A stretch of DNA of 33,031 nucleotides, taken from the NCBI GenBank assembly GCA_949739095.1, contig CATIYX010000335.1, positions 1 to 33,031 on the forward strand. Reading direction: 5' to 3'. This stretch comes from an uncultured Clostridia bacterium (lineage in GTDB: Bacteria > Bacillota > Clostridia > RUG12999). The stretch's first letter is position 1, and every line of letters begins with the position of its first letter. Shown here one piece after another: positions 16,361-24,799 of this stretch. The notes below the pieces were generated by a model, which was not told where the DNA came from, did not search any database, and worked only from the letters and a program-made list of their open reading frames with translations. The position numbers and the translations under genes were made by a program.

Positions 16361-18415
16361 ATGAGGGAAGAAATGAGTCATCGAGAATTTTTTAAATTGG
16401 TTAATATCTACAGCGCGGGTCTGGAAAAAGTGCGCGAAAGTGTGGAACAGGAGGATTATGACGAAGCATTTTTCCGTTACAGAGCATATTTGGAGAAGCG
16501 TTTTACTTCTTTCAAAAAAGCGCCCTCGCATCATGGCACCTCAGACGCAGAGGAGGTGAAGCGTCTGGCGGATTTCATGCTGGACGACAAGCTTTCGTTG
16601 CTGGGATATGAACCGGTGCAGCTGCCGACTCCTATAGATTGGCTATACTATCCGTTTGACGACAACCAGTGGCAGAGTCATTTGTGTTATTTGGAATGGA
16701 CACGAAACTTGGTGGACACCTGGCAAAACACAGGCGACGGCCGTTATTTAAATAAGTGGTGTCAGTTCGTGGAGGACTTTTTGGACCATCACCCGTGGGG
16801 AGCAAAAGGGCTGGAATATCACACGTCGCGTCCCATGTATCTTGCGGAATATAAATATAAATGCGGCGGCGAAGGACAAATGCCGGGATATCTTGTCGGG
16901 TCATGGATTGGTCTGGCAGCGTCCATTCGCACCTCGGTGCTGCTTGCGGCGCTGCAAGACATCATTGGAGAAAAGGAACTGTCTGACAGACTGCTGAAAA
17001 AGATTATCGTTTCGCTTGCAACCGACCATGTGGATGTGATGATCAACAATGCGCGGCGGTATACGCCAAACCAGCTCTTTGACGGCGCGACCGCGTTGCT
17101 GCGTTTTTCTATCTGTTTCTGTGAGCTGCGGGCGGCACCTGCCGCTTACCTCGTGGGGATGGATCGCATGGAAGAAGCGTTTCGCAGAAACATTCTGCCG
17201 GACGGTACGGACATTGAACAATCCTTCAACTATAACAGTTATATGCCATTTTGGTTTAATGAGGTCTATTCTTTGTACGGCGAGCAGACAACGGTGCGCA
17301 TAGAAAAGCTGAAGGAGCGCGTGATAAAACGCTGCGCCTTTTTGACGGCTATGATGGAGTTTGACAATACATGGCCGGCGGTGGCGAAAACACACAGTGA
17401 GGATGTCACCGGATTGATTGCGGATTATGAAGCGTTGTACGATATCAAACTGCAGGGAAGGTTTTGCGAGACGATGTTCTTTCCGTATGGCGGCTACTAT
17501 GTCTTTAAAAATGAGACGGACAAAAGATATTTGCTGTTTAAGACCAGCCGCAAGGCGATTGGTCATGCACATGAGGACTGCAATTCCATCATGCTGAGTG
17601 CGTTTGGAGAGAAAATATTGGTTGACGCCGGAAACTATAACTATTCAAACGATGCACAAAGCCTTGTAATCAACCGGTACCATATATCTACGGCGGCGCA
17701 CAACAGCTTGTCAGTGGACGGCTATTCGCAAAACCGCATTCCGTTTGCCGTGAACGATCCGCAGGTTTTGGAGGAAATCGGGAAAACGCCCATGGAGGGC
17801 TGCGGCAAAAACGAGGGCGTGGAATATGCGAAAGGCGAATATTGCGATGATTACGGCGATGCACTTTTGGGTGTGCTGAAAGGAATGCCGGTGGAGCGCT
17901 TCGAGGAAAATCATATTCATGTGCACCACGAAAGAGAAGTGATTCACCTGAAAGAGCCGGGCGTGTTTGTGGTGGTGGATACCGTTAAAGACAGAGAGGA
18001 TAAACCGCACACCTATACGCTTTCCTGGAATTTGAACTATACCTATCAGCCTGAGAGCGTTTCGTTCGGCGAAAACAGCATTTCCGTTTCCCGGAGTGGA
18101 CTGCCGGGGCTTTTGATACAAACCATTGCGGAAAAGCCGATAGAATATCACATGACCTACGGACAAGACGAGCCGTATTCCGGTTGGATGGCAACGGGCT
18201 ACGGAAAATTGGCAAAATGCGTCCACATAGAACAAAGCCTGAAAGGTTCGGGGGAAGAACAGCTTTATACGCTCGTGTATCCCTATCAAGAAAATAAACT
18301 GTGCTCCGCCGAAAAAAGCGCGGAGGGCATAAACATTCTCACCACAGACGGTACGCGTTATATGGTAAGCAAAACGGAAAGCGGCTGGCAGGTGGAGAAG
18401 GAAACGGAACAATAA
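16361..18415 (+). CDS. Heparinase II/III-like polysaccharide/oligosaccharide lyase (alpha/alpha toroid + beta-sandwich; PL12/15/17/21-type architecture), no signal peptide
   Basis: ATG 16361 lies 8 nt after AAGGAGAA. The signature region FFPYGGYYVF...GHAHEDCNSIMLSAFGEKILVDAGNYNYSND...STAAHNSLSVDGYSQ (nt ~17476-17730) fits the Hepar_II_III pattern 'gHgHaD.ls..l...g..l.vD.G...Y....s.aHNt..vdg'. Confidence 0.85.
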   Translation: MREEMSHREFFKLVNIYSAGLEKVRESVEQEDYDEAFFRYRAYLEKRFTSFKKAPSHHGTSDAEEVKRLADFMLDDKLSLLGYEPVQLPTPIDWLYYPFDDNQWQSHLCYLEWTRNLVDTWQNTGDGRYLNKWCQFVEDFLDHHPWGAKGLEYHTSRPMYLAEYKYKCGGEGQMPGYLVGSWIGLAASIRTSVLLAALQDIIGEKELSDRLLKKIIVSLATDHVDVMINNARRYTPNQLFDGATALLRFSICFCELRAAPAAYLVGMDRMEEAFRRNILPDGTDIEQSFNYNSYMPFWFNEVYSLYGEQTTVRIEKLKERVIKRCAFLTAMMEFDNTWPAVAKTHSEDVTGLIADYEALYDIKLQGRFCETMFFPYGGYYVFKNETDKRYLLFKTSRKAIGHAHEDCNSIMLSAFGEKILVDAGNYNYSNDAQSLVINRYHISTAAHNSLSVDGYSQNRIPFAVNDPQVLEEIGKTPMEGCGKNEGVEYAKGEYCDDYGDALLGVLKGMPVERFEENHIHVHHEREVIHLKEPGVFVVVDTVKDREDKPHTYTLSWNLNYTYQPESVSFGENSISVSRSGLPGLLIQTIAEKPIEYHMTYGQDEPYSGWMATGYGKLAKCVHIEQSLKGSGEEQLYTLVYPYQENKLCSAEKSAEGINILTTDGTRYMVSKTESGWQVEKETEQ

Positions 18416-18438
18416 ACTGTCATGAGGAGGAAAAGGGT

Positions 18439-19653
18439 TTGGAGGAAGTATTACAAACAGTCATGCAAAAAATAAAAAACAATATGGCTGAGATTGGAAC
18501 GGATTTGCGGGAGTTTCCGGGGACGCATGACGGAATGTATTTCAGAAATCGGGAACGTTGTATTGAGATTGAACATATTTTTAACTGGACGCAGAGTTTT
18601 TTTACAGGGATGGCGTACTGGAGCTATTTATATGATAAGGACAGCAGGACAATAGATTGGATGAAACAATTTTTGGATAGATATGAGGCAAAGGTGCTGA
18701 AAACTCCAATGGAAACCATGCATGATACCGGTTTTTTATACAGCCTGTATGCAGTTGCATTGTATCAGCTGACGGGAGAAGAACGTGTGAAAAAAATCGG
18801 GCTTTCGGCGGCGGATGCGCTGGCGAACCGCTTTGTATCAAAGGGCGGATATATCCGCGCATGGGGACGCATGGACGATACCATTCCGGCTTATGTATCT
18901 CCCGAACTTGCCAAAGACCACTTTTTCACGGAGAGCCGGGGGCTTGCGATTGTGGACTGCATGATGAATCTGCCGCTGTTGTTTTGGGCGGCGGAAGCAG
19001 GAGGAGACGCACGTTATGCGGAGATAGCAAAGGCACATGCGGATATGACGCTGCAATATTTTGTCAGAGAAGATGATTCGGTTTGCCACGCATACCGTTT
19101 TGACGAGGACGGAACGCCGCTGGGTGAGGAGAACTACTGCGGCTTTTCCAAGGGATCGCGCTGGGCGCGCGGCACGGCGTGGGCGATATATGGCTATGCC
19201 ATTTGCTACAGCTATACGAAAGAGAAACGCTATCTGGACGCCAGCGAACGGCTTGCCACGTTTTTTTGCAAACATTTGCAGGGTGACGGCGCTGTCCTGT
19301 GGGATTTTTCACTGCCGCCGGAAACGCCGGCGATTCCCAGCGGCAAGCATCAGGAGTGGATGACGTGGGATATCACGGATAAGAAAAATGAGAGCCATGT
19401 TGTGGATACGTCTGCCTCTGCTGTTGTACTGTGCGGCATACAGGAAATTCTGCGCCACAGGGAAAACGCGTTTTTGGAAAAAAGCGCAAAGCAGATTTTG
19501 ACGGGACTGACAGAAAACTACCTGTGTCTTGACAAGGACGTGAACGGTATTTTGAAATGCCAAAACGGCAACGAAACCATGACGCCCTACGGAGATTATT
19601 TTATAGTGGAAGCCATGATGAATGCCTTCGGGGACTATGGACGTATCTGGTAG
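18439..19653 (+). CDS. Glycoside hydrolase family 88 (unsaturated glucuronyl hydrolase-like), no signal peptide
   Basis: HDTGFLY, RGTAWAIYGYA, VLWDF and DTSASAVVLCGIQEI match GH88/GH105 hallmarks. TTG 18439 lies 8 nt after GAGGAGG (18424-18430), and ATG 18463 is an alternative. The track's start at 18301 would overlap the lyase gene by 115 nt and was rejected. Confidence 0.85.
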   Translation: MEEVLQTVMQKIKNNMAEIGTDLREFPGTHDGMYFRNRERCIEIEHIFNWTQSFFTGMAYWSYLYDKDSRTIDWMKQFLDRYEAKVLKTPMETMHDTGFLYSLYAVALYQLTGEERVKKIGLSAADALANRFVSKGGYIRAWGRMDDTIPAYVSPELAKDHFFTESRGLAIVDCMMNLPLLFWAAEAGGDARYAEIAKAHADMTLQYFVREDDSVCHAYRFDEDGTPLGEENYCGFSKGSRWARGTAWAIYGYAICYSYTKEKRYLDASERLATFFCKHLQGDGAVLWDFSLPPETPAIPSGKHQEWMTWDITDKKNESHVVDTSASAVVLCGIQEILRHRENAFLEKSAKQILTGLTENYLCLDKDVNGILKCQNGNETMTPYGDYFIVEAMMNAFGDYGRIW

Positions 19654-19701
19654 GAAGCGATAAAGTCTTGTTGGATGATAAGGGCGGCAATAAATCCGCA
19701 T

Positions 19702-19745
19702 AGAAATAGGCGTTTCAAGCAAAGGTGCCTGAAACGCCTATTTCT
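19702..19745 (+). terminator. Hairpin terminator candidate after the GH88 gene
   Basis: Perfect 16-bp inverted repeat AGAAATAGGCGTTTCA (19702-19717) / TGAAACGCCTATTTCT (19730-19745) with a 12-nt loop. The only T-rich stretch lies within and just after the 3' arm. Confidence 0.6.
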
Positions 19746-19793
19746 ATCTATAAGGAATTTTATGCATTCACCGGTGATGCCGTCCATACCGTC

Positions 19794-19822
19794 TTGACAG
19801 AAAATCGCCCTTATGTTACACT
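19794..19822 (+). promoter_or_regulatory. Sigma-A-type promoter candidate for the DUF4234/SHOCT gene
   Basis: TTGACA (19794-19799), a 17-nt spacer ending in TGt, then TACACT (19817-19822). It lies ~69 nt upstream of ATG 19891. Confidence 0.45.
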
Positions 19823-19890
19823 ATGAAGAGAAGTCTGTTTATCCTATGTTGGGATAGATAGGAAAAAGTACATAGTAAAGGGGAAGAAAC

Positions 19891-21021
19891 ATGGAAACGA
19901 AACAAAAAGGAGAACTTTTCTCTATTTTGGCGGGTGTAGCATTTGTGCTCATATCGTTGTGGCAGGTCGTTAGTCTTGTTCGGCATTTTTCTGTTGTTGG
20001 TTTGCTGTATCTTGCAGTAGACATTTTTACGGCAGTGGTTTTGCTTATCAGAAAACGCGATGTGCTGCTTTTGGTTGCGGCATCTGCCCTGACGCTGCTG
20101 AAACTGTATGCGCTGGCGCGTGTGGGTGGACGTTTCGGCTTGGTTTTTGTACGCTTTTTGGAACTGTTGCCCGTTTTGGCATTGCTTGCGCTTACCATTT
20201 TGATGACAACAAACGCAGCGGTGCAGTATCGGGAAAAGGTAAAAACAGTGTGGTTTGTTCCCATCATTCTGTCTGTGATATTCTTTTTTGCAAATCTCAT
20301 TGGTCACGGAAGCTTTTTCCTGACATTGTTTAGTGCAGCGGGCTATGCGCTGGCGGCAATTTGGATTGCTTGTCCGGAAGGATTCTCGAAAGAAGTTACC
20401 GCTGGTTCTATGTCGCAGGCGACAGTGACAGTGGAAAGTGTAAACGGTGAATTTGTCGGCGGGACGATTCCGGGAGTACAACAATCTGCTGTCGGCGGAG
20501 ACAGTGACGAAGGCTATATAGATATGGCAGCATGTATCCTGCTGTTACTGCTCACGTGCGGTATCTATTGGTATATCTGGATTTACCGTACCACCAAATA
20601 TTTAAACCGTACACCGGGCGAAGAATCACGCGATCCGGTAGCGCAATTACTACTATGCATGTTTATTCCGTTCTATCAGATTTATTGGACATATAAGAGT
20701 GCACAACGTGTAGATAAGCTGGCAAAAGTAAGCGGAACCACTTCCGATATTACAAATCTTTGTTTGATTCTGGCAATTCTTGTTCCGATTGTCGCGCCTA
20801 TGATTATGCAAGACAAAATCAATGGCATTGCAAAATCCCAAAATGGCGCAAAGCAGAGCGGTGCTACAGCAGGCAGCAACGTGGTGGTAGAACCATATGC
20901 ACCGGCGCAGGCGGAACTTGGCGTTGCAGCGGAACTGAAAACCTATAAAGAATTGCTGGACAGCGGCGCGATTACACAAGAAGAATTCGATAAAAAGAAA
21001 AAGCAATTGTTGGATGAATAA
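19891..21021 (+). CDS. Polytopic membrane protein with a DUF4234-like module and a C-terminal SHOCT domain
   Basis: The N-terminal half has ~5-6 hydrophobic helices. CGIYWYIWIYRTTKYLN...IPFYQIYWTYKSAQRVDKL is DUF4234-like. The C-terminal ELKTYKELLDSGAITQEEFDKKKKQLLDE is a typical SHOCT motif. RBS AGGGGAAG lies upstream of ATG 19891. Confidence 0.85.
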   Translation: METKQKGELFSILAGVAFVLISLWQVVSLVRHFSVVGLLYLAVDIFTAVVLLIRKRDVLLLVAASALTLLKLYALARVGGRFGLVFVRFLELLPVLALLALTILMTTNAAVQYREKVKTVWFVPIILSVIFFFANLIGHGSFFLTLFSAAGYALAAIWIACPEGFSKEVTAGSMSQATVTVESVNGEFVGGTIPGVQQSAVGGDSDEGYIDMAACILLLLLTCGIYWYIWIYRTTKYLNRTPGEESRDPVAQLLLCMFIPFYQIYWTYKSAQRVDKLAKVSGTTSDITNLCLILAILVPIVAPMIMQDKINGIAKSQNGAKQSGATAGSNVVVEPYAPAQAELGVAAELKTYKELLDSGAITQEEFDKKKKQLLDE

Positions 21022-21030
21022 ATACCATGT

Positions 21031-21062
21031 CAGGGGCGGGAAAATTTCCGTCCCTGTTTTTT
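21031..21062 (+). terminator. Rho-independent terminator
   Basis: CAGGGGCGGGA (21031-21041), loop AAAT, TTCCGTCCCTG (21046-21056). The stem is 11 bp with 2 G-U pairs and is followed by TTTTTT (21057-21062). Confidence 0.75.
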
Positions 21063-21168
21063 AAGATAACCCGCCAAACCCAACACACGTCGCGGCGTGT
21101 GTTGGAGAAAATCGTGTTTCTTCAAAATGACAGTGCGTAAAATCAAATATAAACAGGAGCGAAAATAT

Positions 21169-21687
21169 ATGGAAATTGTCATACAACTCATTGGGATAGC
21201 GGCAATGCTGGGGTCAGTGCTGTCTTTTCAGTGTAATAAACATAAATCCATCATGATTATGCAAATCATTGCCACGGCGCTGTTTGGTATTCAGTACTAC
21301 TTTTTGGGGGCATTTACCGGTATGGCGCTTGATGCGGTCGGCATTGTTAGAGATGTTGTGTTTTACCATAAGGATAAAAAATGGGCGCAGTCAGTTTGGT
21401 GGACGGTACTATTCGCGGTAGCTATGGCAGTGGTCGGCATTATCACATATCAAAATTATATATCGTTGCTTATGATTGTGGCAATGGTGCTGAACACGGT
21501 TTCCTTTTCGTTCACAAAACCAAAGCTTGTGCGGAGCACGATTTTAATTTCTTCACCGTTTTTGTTGGTGTATAACATTTTAACAGGTTCCTGGGGCGGT
21601 GTCATCAACGAAGCCTTTAGTGAAGTGTCCTCGCTTGTGGGGCTGCTGCGGTATGATGTTAAAAAAAACAAAAAAGAATCAGAATAA
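21169..21687 (+). CDS. YgjV-like inner membrane protein (172 aa)
   Basis: ATG 21169 lies 9 nt after AGGAG (21155-21159). The track's start at 21097 adds a basic, RBS-less extension. The sequence is small and polytopic (IQLIGIAAMLGSVLSFQ..., IIATALFGIQYYFLGAFTGMALDAVGIVRDVVF), resembling the Imp-YgjV family. Confidence 0.8.
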   Translation: MEIVIQLIGIAAMLGSVLSFQCNKHKSIMIMQIIATALFGIQYYFLGAFTGMALDAVGIVRDVVFYHKDKKWAQSVWWTVLFAVAMAVVGIITYQNYISLLMIVAMVLNTVSFSFTKPKLVRSTILISSPFLLVYNILTGSWGGVINEAFSEVSSLVGLLRYDVKKNKKESE

Positions 21688-21714
21688 AAAGAAATGTGGA
21701 AGAGGTGAATATAC

Positions 21715-22395
21715 ATGCGTAAAACGGAGCGGTTGCAGCGGTATATGATTTTTATGGTGGGACTGTTTATTGCGTCTTTTGGCGTGGCGATGATTACAAA
21801 GGCGGATTTGGGAACCTCGCCCATTTCATCCATTCCCTATGTGCTCAGTCTGCACTATCCCATGACACTGGGACAGTTTACCATTCTGTTTAGCATATTT
21901 TTGATTCTGCTGCAGCTTATCATTTTGAAAAAAATTTTCAAATGGGAGCATGTTTTGCAGATACCGGTATCCATCCTGTTTGGTTATTTTATTGACTGGA
22001 GTATGCTGTTGTTGTGGTTTGTTCATCCAGCGGCATACATAGCAAAGGTGATTTATTTGCTGCTCGGTTGTGTGGTGCTTGGGATAGGCGTATATCTGGA
22101 GGTGCTGGCGGATGTGGTTATGCTGCCGGGCGAATCCTTTGTAAACGCGGTTGTGTTCACATGGAAAACGGAATTCGGCGTTACAAAAGTGGCGTTTGAC
22201 GTATCCATGACAGTGGTTGCCGCGGCACTATCCTTCCTGCTGATGGGACGGCTTGCGGGCGTGCGGGAAGGGACGGTGGTTGCCGCGGTCTTGGTTGGCT
22301 TTATTGTGCGTTTTTGCAGAAAACAGCTATCCTTTCTGCCGGCGAAATTATTTGCTTCGGCAAAGGCGGACGGTGCGGAAACAAAGATGTCCTAA
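21715..22395 (+). CDS. YczE/YyaS/YitT-like (DUF6198-type) membrane protein
   Basis: ATG 21715 lies 7 nt after GAGGTGA. The N-terminus RYMIFMVGLFIASFGVAMITKADLGTSPISSIPYVLS is typical of this family. There are ~6 hydrophobic helices. Confidence 0.8.
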   Translation: MRKTERLQRYMIFMVGLFIASFGVAMITKADLGTSPISSIPYVLSLHYPMTLGQFTILFSIFLILLQLIILKKIFKWEHVLQIPVSILFGYFIDWSMLLLWFVHPAAYIAKVIYLLLGCVVLGIGVYLEVLADVVMLPGESFVNAVVFTWKTEFGVTKVAFDVSMTVVAAALSFLLMGRLAGVREGTVVAAVLVGFIVRFCRKQLSFLPAKLFASAKADGAETKMS

Positions 22396-22428
22396 AAATC
22401 TACCCATTTCGGGGCAAAGAAATAACAT

Positions 22429-22465
22429 AAAAGGCGGAGAACATATGATATGTTCTCCGCCTTTT
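22429..22465. terminator. Bidirectional terminator between convergent genes
   Basis: Perfect palindrome AAAAGGCGGAGAACATAT-G-ATATGTTCTCCGCCTTTT. The GC-rich stem is flanked by A4 on one side and T4 on the other, so it reads as hairpin plus U-tract on both strands. Confidence 0.8.
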
Positions 22466-22510
22466 GTGAAATAGAATTCTTTTGAAGGTTCATGAAAAAC
22501 TAAAATAGCA

Positions 22511-24799
22511 TCAAATTTTTTTCGATTCCCGATATTGGTTGGGCGTCTGTCCTGTTTCTTTTTTAAAGTTCCGAATGAATACGGTGCTGTTGGAATATCC
22601 CAATTGTTCGCTGATTTCACTCAGCGTATGATTGGTGGTTTCCAGCAGCGTTTTTGCTTTTTCTGTTTTAATGTTCCGAATATAATCCGTGAAATTCACG
22701 CCCAGCTTTTCCTTAAAGAATGCCGAAAGGTAAGTGTGATTGGTGTGAAAGGCATAGGCTAAGCTGTTGAGATTGAAGTTTACATCAAAGCAGTATTTAT
22801 CAATATATGCCAGCAGTTGATTTTTGAAATCGTTGGATTTGGCGCTGGTATTCTTACGGGATTCATCACAAAGACGAAGAAAAAGCTGTTTCAAAATATC
22901 AAAGAGCTGTTTACCGGAAAGATTTGCTGCCGCGTTATAGGATTCATAGCTTTCCTTTACCAGAGATTCGTCCTCTATGGCGAGTTCATACATGATTTTT
23001 AGCGCAGTGCTGAGCAAATCAAAATACAAACACTTGATTTCCAGAAGAGACAGACTACTTTCGTCAAAGTTTTTTTGAAAGAGCGTGTCCAGAAGAGAAC
23101 TGACGAGTTGCGTATTGGAATTGGTAACCGCATTGATAAGCTGGAGTTCCAGTTCTGTAGGATAGTAGAAAATATTTTTGCCTGCCGCCATACTTCGATA
23201 GTCAATCATACCGCTGATACCTTTGAGATTCTGATATTCCAGAGCGGACAGACAGTGTTGATAAGAGAGAAATGCGTTTCCTAGTCCGTCTTGAATGTCG
23301 CCTACTGCGATTTGTATAGGAAGATCGAACTGTTCTTTCATGATGGTGTCCAGCAGCTCCAATGCACTGGAAATGTGTTCCAAATGGGCGCTGCGGCTGT
23401 CCGGAAGATTCACGAGGATACCGATTTTGTTGAAGGTGACATCTACACTGTTGGCAGGATAGTTTTGCTGGATTAATTCGTCTGCAATGTTTTGTACGGC
23501 ATATTTACAGAGTGTGAGTTCCTGTGTATCCTGTGGGTCAATCGCTTGCAATGAAACCACAATCGCCAGAAAACAAGGACCGGGATATACAATATCCAGC
23601 GATGCCAATGCGTCCGTGGTGTTCTGCTCTAAACGGTAGCCTTTCAAAATGTTGTTGAGGAGATTGGATTTCAAAATCGGCGTTTCTTGGTCAATAATCT
23701 GACGGATACTTTGATTTTCTTCCAGCAGACTTTGCGTAGCCTTTTCCACCATACTGAATCCGTTGCGGAACCCGCCCGGAGAGCCTTTCGAGGATTTCAC
23801 TGTATCAATGATTTTTTGAATGGGGGAATAGAGACGGCGGGAAAGGATATAGGCAATCAATATGCCGATTAAAAACGCCAGAAACAGCCATGTTAAAGAA
23901 GAGGCGCGAAATAGCCGGAAAGGCGCTGTGAATTCTCCGGAATCCGGAATCAAAACATATTCATAGCCGGTGACGGTACTCGGCATATGAAACAGATAAG
24001 TGGAGAGGGAGGGGCGGACAAATGTGGCCCTTTCCACAAGATAGCTATACCGAAAAAAGTTTTTGTCATTCGGCAAAATGCGGAACATGGACTGATTCTT
24101 GTTGTTGACCGCATAGAACTGCATGTTGTTTTTTTCATAGAGGTCCTGCACCTCTTGCAGCAGAACATCTTGATCAAGCAGAATCATCAGCGTGGCGTCA
24201 ATGGTATCCAGCGAACCGATGGGTAGGGATTGCAGATAGGTAATAACAGAGCGGTCTTGTCCGTTCACTGTGATGGTTTCTGTGAATCGGAACATATCAA
24301 AATTCTGCTCATTTAACATGCTGCGAAAACCATTGATGTCGGTATTCTGATAGTGATATTGTTCGTAGAGTTCTTCCACATCCAGCATAGATGAAGTGGT
24401 GAGTGCCTTTTTTTCATCATGGAGATAGAGGCAGATATCAAAAATAATGGTGTTGGAATTTTTGTAGTTGTTTAGCGCGCTAATAACCTCAGATTTGTGG
24501 TAGACCTCCATGCCGGAGTCCTTGCCATCATAGCTGAGAAGACGGGCGATATCCTTATCCACACAGATATTTTTACTAACGTTTTTGATGTTCAAAAGCC
24601 GCTCATCCAGCACGCCCTGCATCTGTTCCAGCAGCAAGATGTATTGCTCCTGCAGTTGATTTTGAATCAAAGAAGCGTTCAGTTTATAATTCACCAGCCC
24701 CGAAACCAGAGGAATAATGAGAATGGTCACATAAGTCATCAAAATCAGGGAAAAGGTTTTATGGTCATAAATCAGTTTAGATAATCGCCGGAAATTCAT
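22511..24799 (-). CDS. Membrane-anchored AraC-family transcriptional regulator (B. subtilis YesS/YtdP-like architecture)
   Basis: ATG 24799 lies 6 nt after AGGGGTG; the track's GTG 24808 is an alternative. In track numbering there are two TM helices (aa ~19-38 and ~303-323) flanking a ~264-aa extracytoplasmic domain, then a large cytoplasmic region and a C-terminal AraC HTH. The size (~762 aa) matches YesS (761 aa) and YtdP (772 aa). Confidence 0.88.
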   Translation of the reverse strand: MNFRRLSKLIYDHKTFSLILMTYVTILIIPLVSGLVNYKLNASLIQNQLQEQYILLLEQMQGVLDERLLNIKNVSKNICVDKDIARLLSYDGKDSGMEVYHKSEVISALNNYKNSNTIIFDICLYLHDEKKALTTSSMLDVEELYEQYHYQNTDINGFRSMLNEQNFDMFRFTETITVNGQDRSVITYLQSLPIGSLDTIDATLMILLDQDVLLQEVQDLYEKNNMQFYAVNNKNQSMFRILPNDKNFFRYSYLVERATFVRPSLSTYLFHMPSTVTGYEYVLIPDSGEFTAPFRLFRASSLTWLFLAFLIGILIAYILSRRLYSPIQKIIDTVKSSKGSPGGFRNGFSMVEKATQSLLEENQSIRQIIDQETPILKSNLLNNILKGYRLEQNTTDALASLDIVYPGPCFLAIVVSLQAIDPQDTQELTLCKYAVQNIADELIQQNYPANSVDVTFNKIGILVNLPDSRSAHLEHISSALELLDTIMKEQFDLPIQIAVGDIQDGLGNAFLSYQHCLSALEYQNLKGISGMIDYRSMAAGKNIFYYPTELELQLINAVTNSNTQLVSSLLDTLFQKNFDESSLSLLEIKCLYFDLLSTALKIMYELAIEDESLVKESYESYNAAANLSGKQLFDILKQLFLRLCDESRKNTSAKSNDFKNQLLAYIDKYCFDVNFNLNSLAYAFHTNHTYLSAFFKEKLGVNFTDYIRNIKTEKAKTLLETTNHTLSEISEQLGYSNSTVFIRNFKKETGQTPNQYRESKKI
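22529..22825 (-). other. AraC-type double helix-turn-helix DNA-binding domain
   Basis: LNSLAYAFHTNHTYLSAFFKEKLGVNFTDYIRNIKTEKAKTLLETTNHTLSEISEQLGYSNSTVFIRNFKKETGQTPNQYR. Confidence 0.85.

Noticed and set aside
18301-18438. The track's upstream start for the GH88 ORF (450 aa).
   Set aside because: It would overlap the lyase gene by 115 nt and add a basic, low-complexity N-terminus with no RBS. TTG 18439 (GAGGAGG 8 nt upstream) or ATG 18463 gives a normal ~400-aa GH88.
19823-19861. A tiny ORF (MKRSLFILCWDR) starting right after the predicted -10 box upstream of the DUF4234/SHOCT gene.
   Set aside because: It would need to be leaderless, is only 12 codons long and shows no supporting signal. 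I treat the stretch as 5' UTR.
19816-20484. A 222-aa minus-strand ORF competing with the 376-aa plus-strand ORF.
   Set aside because: The minus-strand product is a Gln/Arg/Cys/Lys-rich string with no hydrophobic core or motif. The plus-strand product has coherent TM helices, DUF4234-like and SHOCT motifs, an RBS, a promoter candidate and a terminator.
21097-21168. The track's upstream start for the YgjV-like ORF (196 aa).
   Set aside because: The extension (MCWRKSCFFKMTVRKIKYKQERKY) has no RBS, while ATG 21169 has AGGAG 9 nt upstream and begins directly at the first TM helix.
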